A DNA stretch of 64,000 bases from a bacterium (GCA_021811315.1 JAJZPF010000001.1:206153-270152), one strand, 5' to 3'. Numbered from the stretch's first letter, positions 1 through 9,232 are shown. Numbers and translations: made by a program. The notes: generated by a model from the sequence alone, not told the origin.

Positions 1-85
1 GCTGGCGCGGCGTTCCGAATTTTTCCTGGAAACAGGATTCAAGCACGCCGATTATCTTGAAGCCCGGAGCTTCCGGGGTTTTCAT
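1..85 (-). CDS. TrmO/TsaA (YaeB)-family tRNA methyltransferase, N-terminal fragment running off the window
   Basis: Manual minus-strand translation from ATG 85..83 gives MKTPEAPGFKIIGVLESCFQEKFGTPRQ. The IGV..S...EKF..PRQ pattern is the conserved TrmO N-terminus. ATGA overlap with the stop of the upstream methyltransferase. Confidence 0.45.
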   Translation of the reverse strand, partial: MKTPEAPGFKIIGVLESCFQEKFGTPRQ

Positions 86-831
86 CGGCTCTTCCTGGCC
101 AGGACGATAAGCCTGTTCGCTTTGGAAGTCAGAGGTTTGCCGCTGAAGCCGCCCCAGAACTTAAGGGGCTTCAGGCCGGCTTTCCCGAGGGCGGAACTGA
201 CGCTTTTTTTATCGTACAGCCTGCCGAAAAATTTGCGCGACTGAACTTTTCCGCCTTTCTTTTCTATCCTTGTCCAGGTAGTGGACACTCCGTCGCGCAG
301 GGCCTCTACTTCCTCCAGGTGGTAATAGTCCTCCATCTCCACCCAGTCGCGCCGCCGGAAATTTTTCCGGACGAAGTCGCCGTTAATGACGTCCAGGAGG
401 AAAAACCCTCCCGGCTTAAGCGCCGCCGCCACGCCTTTGAGCGTTTTCAGATCGTCGGAAAATTTCTGGAAATAGCCGAAGCTGGTGAACAGGTTCACGG
501 CCGCGTCGAACTCGCCGCGGAACGGCAGCCGGCGCATATCGCCGCGCAGGAGCCGCAGTGAAACCTTCTTTTTCTTCGCGCGCGCCGAGGCCTCCTTCAG
601 GTACTCCGCGGAAAAATCATAGCCGGTAACGGCCAGGCCCTTTTTGGCGAATTCCACGGCGTGGCGGCCGGGGCCGCAGCACAGGTCCAGAAGCGCGGCG
701 CCTTTTTTTAATTTAAGCTGCCTGAGGATAAAGGCCGCCTCGGCCGGGGCCTTCTCCACCGCCGCCGGGGAGGCGGGGTTGTAGAAAGAGTTCCTGAAAA
801 AATCTTTATGCCACTCGTGCGGGACTTTCAT
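82..831 (-). CDS. Class I SAM-dependent methyltransferase
   Basis: 249-aa ORF. LLDLCCGPGRH glycine-rich SAM motif followed by an acidic loop (GYDFS), a typical Methyltransf_11/25 layout. Confidence 0.8.
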   Translation of the reverse strand: MKVPHEWHKDFFRNSFYNPASPAAVEKAPAEAAFILRQLKLKKGAALLDLCCGPGRHAVEFAKKGLAVTGYDFSAEYLKEASARAKKKKVSLRLLRGDMRRLPFRGEFDAAVNLFTSFGYFQKFSDDLKTLKGVAAALKPGGFFLLDVINGDFVRKNFRRRDWVEMEDYYHLEEVEALRDGVSTTWTRIEKKGGKVQSRKFFGRLYDKKSVSSALGKAGLKPLKFWGGFSGKPLTSKANRLIVLARKSR

Positions 832-840
832 GGCGGCTGC

Positions 841-1326
841 CTATTGCCGCGGCCCGGCTTTTATAAGGTTCTTGTAAACCCCGGGCTCCGAGCCTTCGAT
901 GACCGTAGCTCCGACGGTCTTCCTGAAGAACTCCACCGGCCCGGCCCAGCCTATCGCGGCGTAGCCGTAGCCGGCGTCGCGCATCGCTTCCAGCGTCCTT
1001 ATCAGCAGCGCTTTGCCCAGGCCCTTCTTTTTAACGCTCTCGTCCAGGCCGATAGGCCCGAAGAAGCCTTTCAGGGTGGAATCGTAGCAGGCGAAGCCGA
1101 TGAGCTGCTTTTCCTTTATGGCTATGAAGCAGGTGACGGGCTGCGCCGAAAGCGCGACGTCGCACTCCGAGGCCCAGGAGCGCGAAAATTTCTTTTCGGC
1201 CCATTCCACCACGGCGTGCTTCTCAGGTCCGATGGCGCGGCGTATCTCTATCCCTTCTTCGCGCAGTTTTTCAAGCGCCTGCGCGGAGGGCGGCAGGTCG
1301 TAAAGCTTGACCAGGAGGTCGGCCAT
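841..1326 (-). CDS. GNAT-family N-acetyltransferase
   Basis: 161-aa ORF. Acetyl-CoA motif region VKKKGLGKALLIRTLEAMRDAGY. The start overlaps the upstream stop (TAATG). Confidence 0.8.
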   Translation of the reverse strand: MADLLVKLYDLPPSAQALEKLREEGIEIRRAIGPEKHAVVEWAEKKFSRSWASECDVALSAQPVTCFIAIKEKQLIGFACYDSTLKGFFGPIGLDESVKKKGLGKALLIRTLEAMRDAGYGYAAIGWAGPVEFFRKTVGATVIEGSEPGVYKNLIKAGPRQ

Positions 1327-1757
1327 TACTGTCCTTCCTCCGGCGATTTGGTCGCGCTTTCTTCTTTTATATATTTCGAATCGTCGCCGGCCTTCTTTTT
1401 GGCGGCCGGCTTGGCGGCGCCTTTCTTTTTAGGCGGGGCTTTCACTATCGGGTTGGCCTTTTTGTCGAATTTATAGGTCGGCACTGCCTCGGCCGAGGTG
1501 AACTTGTATTCGGACACCGGCTTGGCGGGCTTCTTCTTTTTCTTGGCGGGCTTTTTCTTCGGGGCGGTTTTTTTAGCCGCCGGTTTGGCCGCGGGTTTCA
1601 CGGCGGGTTTATCCTCGGGTTTCACCATGGGCCTGACGTCGCTTTCCGTAGTGGTCCCTTCAGGCGGCGCGGCGCCCTCTTCGTCCTGGGCGGAAACCGG
1701 CAGGCTGAGCGCCGCCGGCAGCAGCAGGGCGATAACAAGTTTAAGCATTATTTTCAT
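1326..1757 (-). CDS. Secreted Lys/Ala/Pro-rich low-complexity protein (unknown function)
   Basis: The track ORF 1326..2072 overlaps folD. The internal ATG at 1757 forms an ATGA overlap with the folD stop and begins a clear signal peptide MKIMLKLVIALLLPAALSLPVSAQ. It is followed by KPAAKK-type repeats. Confidence 0.6.
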   Translation of the reverse strand: MKIMLKLVIALLLPAALSLPVSAQDEEGAAPPEGTTTESDVRPMVKPEDKPAVKPAAKPAAKKTAPKKKPAKKKKKPAKPVSEYKFTSAEAVPTYKFDKKANPIVKAPPKKKGAAKPAAKKKAGDDSKYIKEESATKSPEEGQ

Positions 1758-2653
1758 GTGAGTATTATCCCTCTTTTCTCCGTTTTGACGGCCAGCTCGG
1801 CGGCTTTCACGGAAGCTTCTATCAGGCAGGCCAAAGTGACGGGGCCTACGCCGCCGGGCACGGGGGAAACGGCCGCGGCTCCGTCTTTTATATCCTCGAA
1901 GTCCGCGTCCCCGCACATCTTCCCGCTCTCGTCGAAATTGGTCCCCACGTCGATAACGGTGGCGCCGGGCGGGAGCAGGTCTTTCTTGAGCCACTTCGCT
2001 TTTCCCACCGCGGTTATCACCAGGTCGGCGCGCTTGAAGATCTCCGCCGTGTTCTTCGTGCGCGTATGGCACATCGTCACCGTCGCGTCCAGCGAGGTGA
2101 GCATCTGCGCAAGCGGCCGGCCCACCACGGCGGAGCGCCCGGCTACGGCGACGTTCATGCCGGACGGGTTTATCCCGTGGAATTTCATAAGGCGGATCAC
2201 GGCCAGGGCCGTGCAGGGGGCGAAATAGCCGCCCTCTTCCACCTCGGAGAATTTTTTAGCCAGGAAGAGCCGGCCCATGTTCAGCGTGGACAGCCCGTCC
2301 ACGTCCTTGGCGGCCGGCAGCGCGTCCCAGGTCTCGAGCGTCTCGAAACCGTCGGGCAGGGGCCGCTCTATCATGATAGCGTCGTAATTGGGATCCGCCC
2401 CAAGCCTGGCCAGAAGCGCTTTGAAGGCCGGGTAGCCCTCCTCCGGCTTCGGGGCGAAGAGCTGGACCGCGATGCCGAGTTTCTCGCAGGCGGCGATCTT
2501 CCGCTTCACGTAGACCGCCGAGGGAGAGTCCGCGAAATAGTTTATGATGGCGAGCGACGGCGGCCGCTCCAGGCGGGCCTTCACCGCGTCGATGCGCGCC
2601 GGCAGGGCGCCCAGTATTTCAGCCGAAAGGGTCTTGCCTTCGAGTAATTTCAT
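1754..2653 (-). CDS. folD: Bifunctional methylenetetrahydrofolate dehydrogenase / methenyl-THF cyclohydrolase
   Basis: 299-aa ORF with FolD hallmarks: YVKRKIAACEKLGI, VVGRSAVVGRPLAQML, MCHTRTKN, PGGVGPVT. Confidence 0.95.
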   Translation of the reverse strand: MKLLEGKTLSAEILGALPARIDAVKARLERPPSLAIINYFADSPSAVYVKRKIAACEKLGIAVQLFAPKPEEGYPAFKALLARLGADPNYDAIMIERPLPDGFETLETWDALPAAKDVDGLSTLNMGRLFLAKKFSEVEEGGYFAPCTALAVIRLMKFHGINPSGMNVAVAGRSAVVGRPLAQMLTSLDATVTMCHTRTKNTAEIFKRADLVITAVGKAKWLKKDLLPPGATVIDVGTNFDESGKMCGDADFEDIKDGAAAVSPVPGGVGPVTLACLIEASVKAAELAVKTEKRGIILT

Positions 2654-2661
2654 TGTCGAGT

Positions 2662-2700
2662 CCTTAAATAAAAATGGCGGCTTTTTATAGCCGCCATTTT
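2662..2700 (-). terminator. Rho-independent terminator after the 2729..3262 gene
   Basis: Stem aaaatggcggct / agccgccatttt (2671-2682 / 2689-2700). On the minus strand it is followed by ATTTTTATTTAAGG. Confidence 0.7.
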
Positions 2701-2728
2701 TCCTGTGCCCCGCGCGGCGCTGAACCTG

Positions 2729-3262
2729 TTAAGGCTGGTCTTCGACGTAGATCGAGCCGTTGAGGTAGCCCGAGCCGTTGAGGGAAACGAAGTTGCCGCT
2801 GGGCCAGCCGGAGACCGAGATGCTCCCGGTCATATTGGCGGAGCCGACGGGCTTGCCCTTGTAGGAGAACTGCGCGTAGATATTGGGCCAGACCGTCTGC
2901 ATGACGTACTGGTTGGGGTAGATCCACATCGAGGCGTAGACGTTGATGTAGGAGTTATTGCTGGTCACCTCGCCGGTGGAATCCCTGAAGGAGGCCCAGC
3001 CGCTGAGCGGGACCGAGGTGTAGCCGCCGGTGGGGCCTGAAATGAAGCCGTTGCCGGTGAGGTTCACGTAGCCGGAAACCTGCACGTAGCGGCCGGCTTT
3101 GGCCCTGGCGGGCTTGCCGGCCTCCGGGAGCTGAACTTCGGGCGCCGTAGTTACCGCGCTGAGCTGCTTCGCGAAAGAAGCGTCGGTGAAATTAAGCTTC
3201 TCCGCCGCGCTAAGGTTGGCGGCGAAAAGGCCGCAGACCGCCGCAAGAATGATTTTTTTCAT
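2729..3262 (-). CDS. Secreted hypothetical protein
   Basis: 177-aa ORF. Signal peptide MKKIILAAVCGLFAANLSAAEK. Gly/Ser/Tyr-rich beta-type composition. AGGAGG Shine-Dalgarno upstream. No recognised domain. Confidence 0.65.
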   Translation of the reverse strand: MKKIILAAVCGLFAANLSAAEKLNFTDASFAKQLSAVTTAPEVQLPEAGKPARAKAGRYVQVSGYVNLTGNGFISGPTGGYTSVPLSGWASFRDSTGEVTSNNSYINVYASMWIYPNQYVMQTVWPNIYAQFSYKGKPVGSANMTGSISVSGWPSGNFVSLNGSGYLNGSIYVEDQP

Positions 3263-3294
3263 TGTACCCTCCTGAAATCTCTATCCCTGGCTAT

Positions 3295-3303
3295 ATTATA
3301 CCA
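3295..3303 (-). promoter_or_regulatory. Extended -10 promoter element (TGGTATAAT) for the 2729..3262 gene
   Basis: The minus strand reads TGGTATAAT about 35 nt upstream of the ATG at 3262, in the gap after the stop of the TPR gene. Confidence 0.35.
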
Positions 3304-3309
3304 AACATT

Positions 3310-5913
3310 TCATTGAGCTTTTCCCAACCTGGAAAGCGCCTGTTCCGCGTCCCGCTTTTCCGTCCCCGGCCGCGCCGCCCGGAGCGCCCTGGCGTAGGTT
3401 CCGGCGGCTTTTTCTTTTTCCGCCGCTCTTTCCAGCGTAGCGCCCAGGTTCATAAGCGCCGAAAAATTAGAGGGATCGGCCGAAACAGCCGCTTCGAAAT
3501 CTTTGCCCGCCCCCGCGGCGTCTCCGGAGAGGCTCCGGAGCACTCCCCGGTCATTTAGAAGCAGCGAGGAGCCGGGGTTTTCGCGCAGGGCCAGGCCGGC
3601 TATCTCAAGGCCTGTTTTATAATCCCCGGCCTCCTGGGCCGCGAGCAGGGCCAGGCTCCAGCCGTTCTTATCCAGTTTATTCGTAAGGGCGGCCGCCCTG
3701 GCCAGGGCCACGGCCTCTTTTTTCCCGCCTTTTTGCGCCCAGGCCAGGGCCCCCGCGGCAAGGGGATAGGGATAGTTCTTAAGAGTACCGGCTGCCGCTT
3801 TAAGAGACTCCGGGCTGAAATTCTCGCTTTCCAACCGTACCAGGGCATAGGCGAAATTTCCGGGATCCGCCGCCGCCAGATCGCGGGCTTCGGCTATACG
3901 GTCCTTTCCCGCGGACAGGTAAGCCCGGGCCGCGGCCTTTACGGCCGGCCCGGTACACTCCCCGCAATGCGTATCGAAAATCGAAACGGCTTCCCCGGGC
4001 TCAAGGTCCAGGCCAAGCAAAAGCCCGAGTTCCCCTCCCGTTCCTTCCGGCGCGCGCTCTTTTTCAAGCAGCTCCGCGGTCAGTTCGCGCGCCGTTCCGC
4101 CCCACTCGAATTCGGCTTCGGGCAGCTCGAATTCAAGCTTTTTGCGCAGTTCTTCTTTTTCGGCCTTTTCAGCCGCCGACAAGTTTTTTTTGTTCCGCAG
4201 GAGCATCGCGCGCAGCTTGGGGGTCGGCGGGGTAAGCCGCGAAAGCAGGGCCAGGGCCCCGGCGCGCTTCTCCGGCGGCAGATAGGCCAGGGCGTTGGCC
4301 AGGTCCATATCCCAGAAAGTTTTATTGCTTTCTTTTATCCGCGCCAGGTTATTCTCATCCTCTTTGAACTGCGCGCCTTTTATCGAATTTTTTTCTCCGC
4401 GCCAGTTTTCAAGCGCCGCCGCCAAAGTTTCTTTTGCCGCCGCTTCCCGGCCCAGCTCGAGCTCCCTCATAAGTTTGACCAGCTGGAGCTCATAATAATT
4501 TTCAAGCGGAGGCGGGTCCTGAGGAGCGGCGGACTTCATCGCCCCGGAGATATAACACAGGTCCCGCGCCCCGGAGAGCCCGCAGGCCCGCCCGAGGGAT
4601 CCGAGGCCTTCGGCGGTGAGGTCCAGGGAGAGCAGAATTTCCCCGCGTTTCCTGTGCAGCCAGGCGTCGGAAGGATATTTTTCAAGTTCTTGTGTCACGG
4701 CGATAAGGGCGGGCTTGGCCGCGCCCGGGTAGCGCCAGACCACTCCGAGAGTCCCGGCCGAGGCGGCGAGGACCAAAGCGAGGAGCGGGACGGTAAAATG
4801 ATCCTTCCCCTTTTCTTCAACGGCCAGACCGGCTTTTTTAGCAAGCTCCCAGGCCCCGCCGGCGGCAAGCAAAGCCAGTACATAACGCAGCGGGTAAAAA
4901 TAACGTTCCTCTATCGAAAGCAGGCAGTGGATCAGGAGGAAATACGCGCTGAAAAAAGCGAGCAGCCGCGCCAGCGGGTCTTTGCGGCTAAGGATAAAAC
5001 CGGCGCCGGCCAGGAGGAAGAGGAGCGGGAACATCAGGAAGACGCGCCAGGCGCGCTTGGCCACGGAAAGAGCGTAGCGGCCGGGGTTTCCAAGCACCGT
5101 TCTTACCGCCCAGGGATAAACGCTTTCCGTCCTGGACAGCCCGGCGAAAGCGCGGGCGTCGCCCTCGATGGTATAGACTATGCCGCTGGCCCCGGTGATG
5201 ATATTGCAGGTGGAGCGCTCTTCCTCGAAAATTATCAACCGCCCGAACACGCTGTGGTTCAGCCGCGCCCAGGGCGCAAGCGGGAGATAAGCGCAAAACA
5301 GGAAAAGGGCCGCGGCGGCCAGCCAGCCGGCTTTGCGCCCGGGCGAAAGGCGCCGGAACAAAACCGCCAGCGGGGGAAAAGCGAAGAGCGGGGAGCGGAT
5401 CAGCATGGAAGCGCCGGCGGCAAGGCCGGCCGCGGCCGAGGAGAAGAGGCTTTCGTCCGACTGCCGCCTGAATTCCAGGCTGAGGAAAACCAGGAGGAAA
5501 AGAGAATAGATAACCTGCTCGGCTTCAGGGGCGGCGCAGGTGAGCGTGGCGGCGGCCGCGGCGAGAGCGAAAAGGGCTCCGCGCGCCCGCCCCCCCGCGC
5601 GCGCCCCCAGGCCGTAGGCCGCGAGGCAGAGCAGCGCGGCGGCGAACCTGGCCGGCAGGGCCGGGTCGAATTTAAAATGCCCGGCGGCCGAGGCCAGCAG
5701 GCTCAGGAGCGGCATGCTGTAGCTTACGGCCTTGCTGCTTACCGCGTGGAAAAGGAGTTCGCCGCGGTCGGCGTAATAGGCGAAGTTCTGCACCGAAGCC
5801 GGGGCCCGGCCAAGGAAGGCCCAGGCGGCAAGAGCGGCGGCCGCGGCGGCGGCGCCGTAGAAAAGCCATTTTTCACTGGAGCGGTTTGCCCGGGTTTTCT
5901 CCATAACTTTCAT
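3310..5913 (-). CDS. Polytopic membrane protein (ArnT/PMT-like glycosyltransferase-type N-terminal half) with C-terminal TPR repeats
   Basis: 867-aa ORF. About 10 hydrophobic helices in the first 400 aa, then TPR-like A/L/Y-rich repeats (e.g. GDYKTGLEIAGLALRENPGS, AAGTYARALRA). Confidence 0.7.
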   Translation of the reverse strand: MKVMEKTRANRSSEKWLFYGAAAAAAALAAWAFLGRAPASVQNFAYYADRGELLFHAVSSKAVSYSMPLLSLLASAAGHFKFDPALPARFAAALLCLAAYGLGARAGGRARGALFALAAAAATLTCAAPEAEQVIYSLFLLVFLSLEFRRQSDESLFSSAAAGLAAGASMLIRSPLFAFPPLAVLFRRLSPGRKAGWLAAAALFLFCAYLPLAPWARLNHSVFGRLIIFEEERSTCNIITGASGIVYTIEGDARAFAGLSRTESVYPWAVRTVLGNPGRYALSVAKRAWRVFLMFPLLFLLAGAGFILSRKDPLARLLAFFSAYFLLIHCLLSIEERYFYPLRYVLALLAAGGAWELAKKAGLAVEEKGKDHFTVPLLALVLAASAGTLGVVWRYPGAAKPALIAVTQELEKYPSDAWLHRKRGEILLSLDLTAEGLGSLGRACGLSGARDLCYISGAMKSAAPQDPPPLENYYELQLVKLMRELELGREAAAKETLAAALENWRGEKNSIKGAQFKEDENNLARIKESNKTFWDMDLANALAYLPPEKRAGALALLSRLTPPTPKLRAMLLRNKKNLSAAEKAEKEELRKKLEFELPEAEFEWGGTARELTAELLEKERAPEGTGGELGLLLGLDLEPGEAVSIFDTHCGECTGPAVKAAARAYLSAGKDRIAEARDLAAADPGNFAYALVRLESENFSPESLKAAAGTLKNYPYPLAAGALAWAQKGGKKEAVALARAAALTNKLDKNGWSLALLAAQEAGDYKTGLEIAGLALRENPGSSLLLNDRGVLRSLSGDAAGAGKDFEAAVSADPSNFSALMNLGATLERAAEKEKAAGTYARALRAARPGTEKRDAEQALSRLGKAQ

Positions 5914-5974
5914 TTATTGTAGTATATAAATCAAGAGGCAGGCCGCCGCCGGCCGAAGGCAGCGCGAGGACAAT

Positions 5975-8071
5975 ATGGAAAGAATAACCGAGCACCCCGT
6001 ACTCCAGCCGGAAGAGCGCAAAACCATAAAATTCACCTTCGACGGAAAGCCCTGCTCCGGGCTCGAAGGAGAGATGATCTCCAGCGCCCTCTTCGCCAAC
6101 GGGATAAAAATTTTCAGCCGCCACAAAAAAGACTCGGCGCCGCAGGGCATCTTCTGCGCCAACGGGCAGTGCGCCCAGTGCTCCGTCATCGCCGACGGGC
6201 TTACCGTGAAATCCTGCGTGACCCCGGTGCGCGCGGGAATGAAGGTGGAAACCCTGCGCGGCGAAGCCAGGCTGCCGAAGACCGCCTGCGTCCAGGAGTT
6301 CGGGCGCGTAGAAGAGCTGGACGTCGACGCCCTGATAATAGGCGGCGGCCCCTCCGGCCTGGCCGCCGCGGCCGAGCTGGGCAAGCTGAACGTGAAGACC
6401 CTGGTCATAGACGACAAAGCCAGGTTCGGCGGCAAGCTGGTGCTCCAGACCCATAAATTTTTCGGTTCGGTGGAGGACTGCTACGCCGGAACCCGCGGGA
6501 TCGACATCGCGGAGAAGCTGGAGGCCCAGCTGAAAGAATATCCTTCGGTGAAAGCCTGGACGGACGCCTGCTGCCTCGCGGTTTTTTCGGATAAGAAAGC
6601 CGGGGTCCTGCGCGGGGACAAATATTACCTGGTGCGCCCGAAGGCCGTGATAAGCGCCACCGGCGCGCGGGAGAAAAGCCTGGCTTTCCCCGGCAATACC
6701 CTGCCCGGAGTCTACGGCGCGGGCGCTTTCCAGACCCTGGTGAACCGCGACCTGGTGCGGCCCGCCAAAAGGCTGTTCATCGTCGGCGGCGGGAACGTCG
6801 GGCTGATAGCGGCCTACCACGCGCTGCAGGCCGGCATACAGGTGGTGGGGCTTATCGAGGCGCAGGGCCATTGCGGCGGCTATAAAGTCCACGAGGATAA
6901 AATAAAGCGCCTGGGCGTGCCGGTCTATACCCGCCACACCATACTCCGCGCCGAAGGCAGGAACGGGGTGGAAACCGTGACCATAGCCGGAGTGGATGAA
7001 AAATTCTGCCCGCTGCCCGGCACCGAAAAAACTTTCAAGGCCGACACTTTGCTTATAGCCGTGGGCCTCAGCTCGGTGGACGAGTTCCACGCCCAGGCCC
7101 GCGAGGCCGGGATGGAAGCTTTCGTCTGCGGCGACGCCGAGGAGATAGCCGAAGCCTCCGCGGCGATGTTCAGCGGGAAGATCACCGCCCATAAAGTGCT
7201 CAAGAGCCTGGGCGTGATGTCCGGGCCGGTGCCGCAGTTCTGGTTCGACCGGCTGGAGGTCCTCAAGTCCAGGCCCGGCGCCACGGAGACCGCTGAAGTG
7301 AAGCGGCCGCCCAACCCCGTCTACCCGGTAATGCACTGCCGCCAGGAGATACCCTGCAATCCCTGCGTCACCGTCTGCCCGAAGAAATCTATAAAGCTTT
7401 CCGGCGACAGCATTATGACCACCCCGAAGTTCTCCGGGGACTGCATCGGCTGCTTCAAATGCCTGATAATCTGCCCCGGGCTCGCAGTGACCATAGTGGA
7501 CCGCCGCAAAGATCCGAAGAACCCGTCGGTGGCCCTGCCTTTCGAGATCGGCCGCGGGCTGGTGAAAAAAGGCGATAAAGTGAGGCTGACCGGCCGGGAA
7601 GGCGCCGACCTCGGCGAGGCCGAGGTCCTGGACGTGAAAGATTTCAAAGCGGAGAATACTCTTATCGTCATAGTGAAAGCCTCCCAGGAAACCGCGGACC
7701 TGGCCGTTTCGCTGAAACTGTACCCCGCTGAAGCAGGAAAGAAAGCGGCGGCCGAGCTGGCCAAGTCCGACGACGAAACTATAATCTGCCGCTGCGAGCG
7801 GGTAAGCCTGGGCGAGATCCGCCGCGCTATCCGCGCCGGCATGCGCGACCTGAACCAGCTCAAAGCGGTTACGCGGGCCGGCATGGGCGCCTGCGGCTCC
7901 AAGACCTGCTCGACGATGCTGCTTAATATTTTCCGGAGCGAAGGCGTGGACCTGAAAGAGGTCACGGCTTTCACGAAGAGGCCGCTGTTCGTGGAAGCGC
8001 CGCTGGGCGTCTTCTCGGGAGTGAAGTGCCGTACCGACGCCGAAGATAAAGCCGACTGGGGCGGATTCTAA
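5975..8071 (+). CDS. Multi-cluster FAD/NAD(P)-dependent oxidoreductase (sarcosine-oxidase alpha / opine-oxidase subunit A-like)
   Basis: 698-aa ORF. N-terminal 2Fe-2S-type Cys motif (CANGQCAQCSV...SC), two Rossmann motifs (IIGGGPSGLAAA, IVGGGNVGLIAA), 4Fe-4S dicluster motifs (CNPCVTVCP, CIGCFKCLIICP) and a BFD-like CRCERV...CGSKTC. Confidence 0.8.
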   Translation: MERITEHPVLQPEERKTIKFTFDGKPCSGLEGEMISSALFANGIKIFSRHKKDSAPQGIFCANGQCAQCSVIADGLTVKSCVTPVRAGMKVETLRGEARLPKTACVQEFGRVEELDVDALIIGGGPSGLAAAAELGKLNVKTLVIDDKARFGGKLVLQTHKFFGSVEDCYAGTRGIDIAEKLEAQLKEYPSVKAWTDACCLAVFSDKKAGVLRGDKYYLVRPKAVISATGAREKSLAFPGNTLPGVYGAGAFQTLVNRDLVRPAKRLFIVGGGNVGLIAAYHALQAGIQVVGLIEAQGHCGGYKVHEDKIKRLGVPVYTRHTILRAEGRNGVETVTIAGVDEKFCPLPGTEKTFKADTLLIAVGLSSVDEFHAQAREAGMEAFVCGDAEEIAEASAAMFSGKITAHKVLKSLGVMSGPVPQFWFDRLEVLKSRPGATETAEVKRPPNPVYPVMHCRQEIPCNPCVTVCPKKSIKLSGDSIMTTPKFSGDCIGCFKCLIICPGLAVTIVDRRKDPKNPSVALPFEIGRGLVKKGDKVRLTGREGADLGEAEVLDVKDFKAENTLIVIVKASQETADLAVSLKLYPAEAGKKAAAELAKSDDETIICRCERVSLGEIRRAIRAGMRDLNQLKAVTRAGMGACGSKTCSTMLLNIFRSEGVDLKEVTAFTKRPLFVEAPLGVFSGVKCRTDAEDKADWGGF

Positions 8072-8072
8072 T

Positions 8073-9227
8073 ATGAAGAACCTTTACGATGTCATCATAA
8101 TCGGCGCGGGCAGCATAGGGGCGCCGCTGGCCATGGCGCTGGCGGAGCGCAAGCTTAAGACGCTTGTGCTCGATAAAGAGGCCTCCCCCGGCCAGGGCCA
8201 GAACAAGTGCGCGATAGGCGGCGTGCGCGCCACCCACTCCGACGGGTCCAAAATAAAGGCCTGCCTGCGCAGCCTGCGGATCTTTTCCACCTGGAAAGAG
8301 AAGCATGGCGACGATATAGGCTGGATAAAGGGCGGCTATCTTTTCCCCGTTTATAAAGAGCGGGACGAGGCCGTGCTGAGGGAGCTGCTCAAAGTGCAGC
8401 AGGGTTTCGGCCTGGATATAGACTGGGCCGGGCCGGAGAAAGTGCGGAAACTGGTCCCCGGCATAGCCGAGAAGGACCTGCGTGGCGGGACCTGGGCCCC
8501 CGGCGACGGCTCGGCTTCGCCGCTTCTGAGCGTCAACGCTTTCTACCGCCGCGCCGTAAAACTGGGCGCCGAATTTCACTTCAAAGAAGCGGTGACGGAA
8601 ATAGCGTCCCAAAAAGGCGCAGTTACGGGCGTGGCGACCGCCCTGGGCCGCTATTCCGCCAAATGGGTGGTCAATGCCGCCGGCGCCGAAGCGGCCCCCG
8701 TTTCGGAACTGGCCGGGATAAAGGTCCCGGTAAAGCCGGACAGCCACGAGGCCGGGATAACCGAGCCGGCCGAAAGGTTCTTCGAGCCTATGGTAGTGGA
8801 CATCCGCCCGGGCGACAAATCGAAGAATTATTATTTTTACCAGAACTGGGAAGGGCAGATCGTGTTCTGCATGACCCCGCAGCCGCCGATCTGGGGGCAT
8901 GACAGGCGCTCCACCTCCGAATTCCTGCCGGAGATCTCCCGCCGGATGATCTCGCTGATGCCCAATCTGGCCAACCTCAAGGTGCGCCGCACCTGGCGCG
9001 GGCTTTACCCGATGACCCCCGACGGCTTTCCTATAGTCGATTTCCCGGCCGCGCTGAAAGGCTATGTCCTGGCCGTGGGGATGTGCGGCCAGGGCTTCAT
9101 GCTCGGGCCCGGCCTGGGGGAGGCCCTGGCGGCGCATATAGCCGGCAAGCCCTCCTCCGAAGATAAGGACATCCTCGCCGGCTTCCGGCTCGACCGCAGC
9201 TTCGAGGGCCAGGAAAAGCTGAAATAA
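8073..9227 (+). CDS. FAD-dependent oxidoreductase, DAO family (sarcosine-oxidase beta-like)
   Basis: 384-aa ORF. Begins with the YDVIIIGAGSIGAPLAMALA dinucleotide-binding motif. Starts 1 nt after the stop of the upstream partner. Confidence 0.85.
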   Translation: MKNLYDVIIIGAGSIGAPLAMALAERKLKTLVLDKEASPGQGQNKCAIGGVRATHSDGSKIKACLRSLRIFSTWKEKHGDDIGWIKGGYLFPVYKERDEAVLRELLKVQQGFGLDIDWAGPEKVRKLVPGIAEKDLRGGTWAPGDGSASPLLSVNAFYRRAVKLGAEFHFKEAVTEIASQKGAVTGVATALGRYSAKWVVNAAGAEAAPVSELAGIKVPVKPDSHEAGITEPAERFFEPMVVDIRPGDKSKNYYFYQNWEGQIVFCMTPQPPIWGHDRRSTSEFLPEISRRMISLMPNLANLKVRRTWRGLYPMTPDGFPIVDFPAALKGYVLAVGMCGQGFMLGPGLGEALAAHIAGKPSSEDKDILAGFRLDRSFEGQEKLK

Positions 9228-9232
9228 GGCGT

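Noticed and set aside
1326-2072. 248-aa version of the Lys-rich ORF extending into folD.
   Set aside because: The upstream 105 residues overlap the folD 3' end and are Arg-rich shadow sequence. The internal ATG at 1757 gives a signal peptide and an ATGA coupling.
3733-5922. 729-aa plus-strand ORF antisense to the TPR/membrane gene. The same applies to other long antisense ORFs: 5873..7336, 7971..9137, 9619..10617, 10460..11650, 12640..14025, 15044..16768, 17018..17854, 21893..23173 and 55350..56156.
   Set aside because: Their composition is Arg/Gly/Pro/Ala-rich and low in complexity, with no recognisable motifs. Each fully overlaps an opposite-strand ORF that carries strong family signatures (MutS, MutL, MacB, ParB and others). 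This is typical shadow-ORF behaviour in GC-rich DNA.
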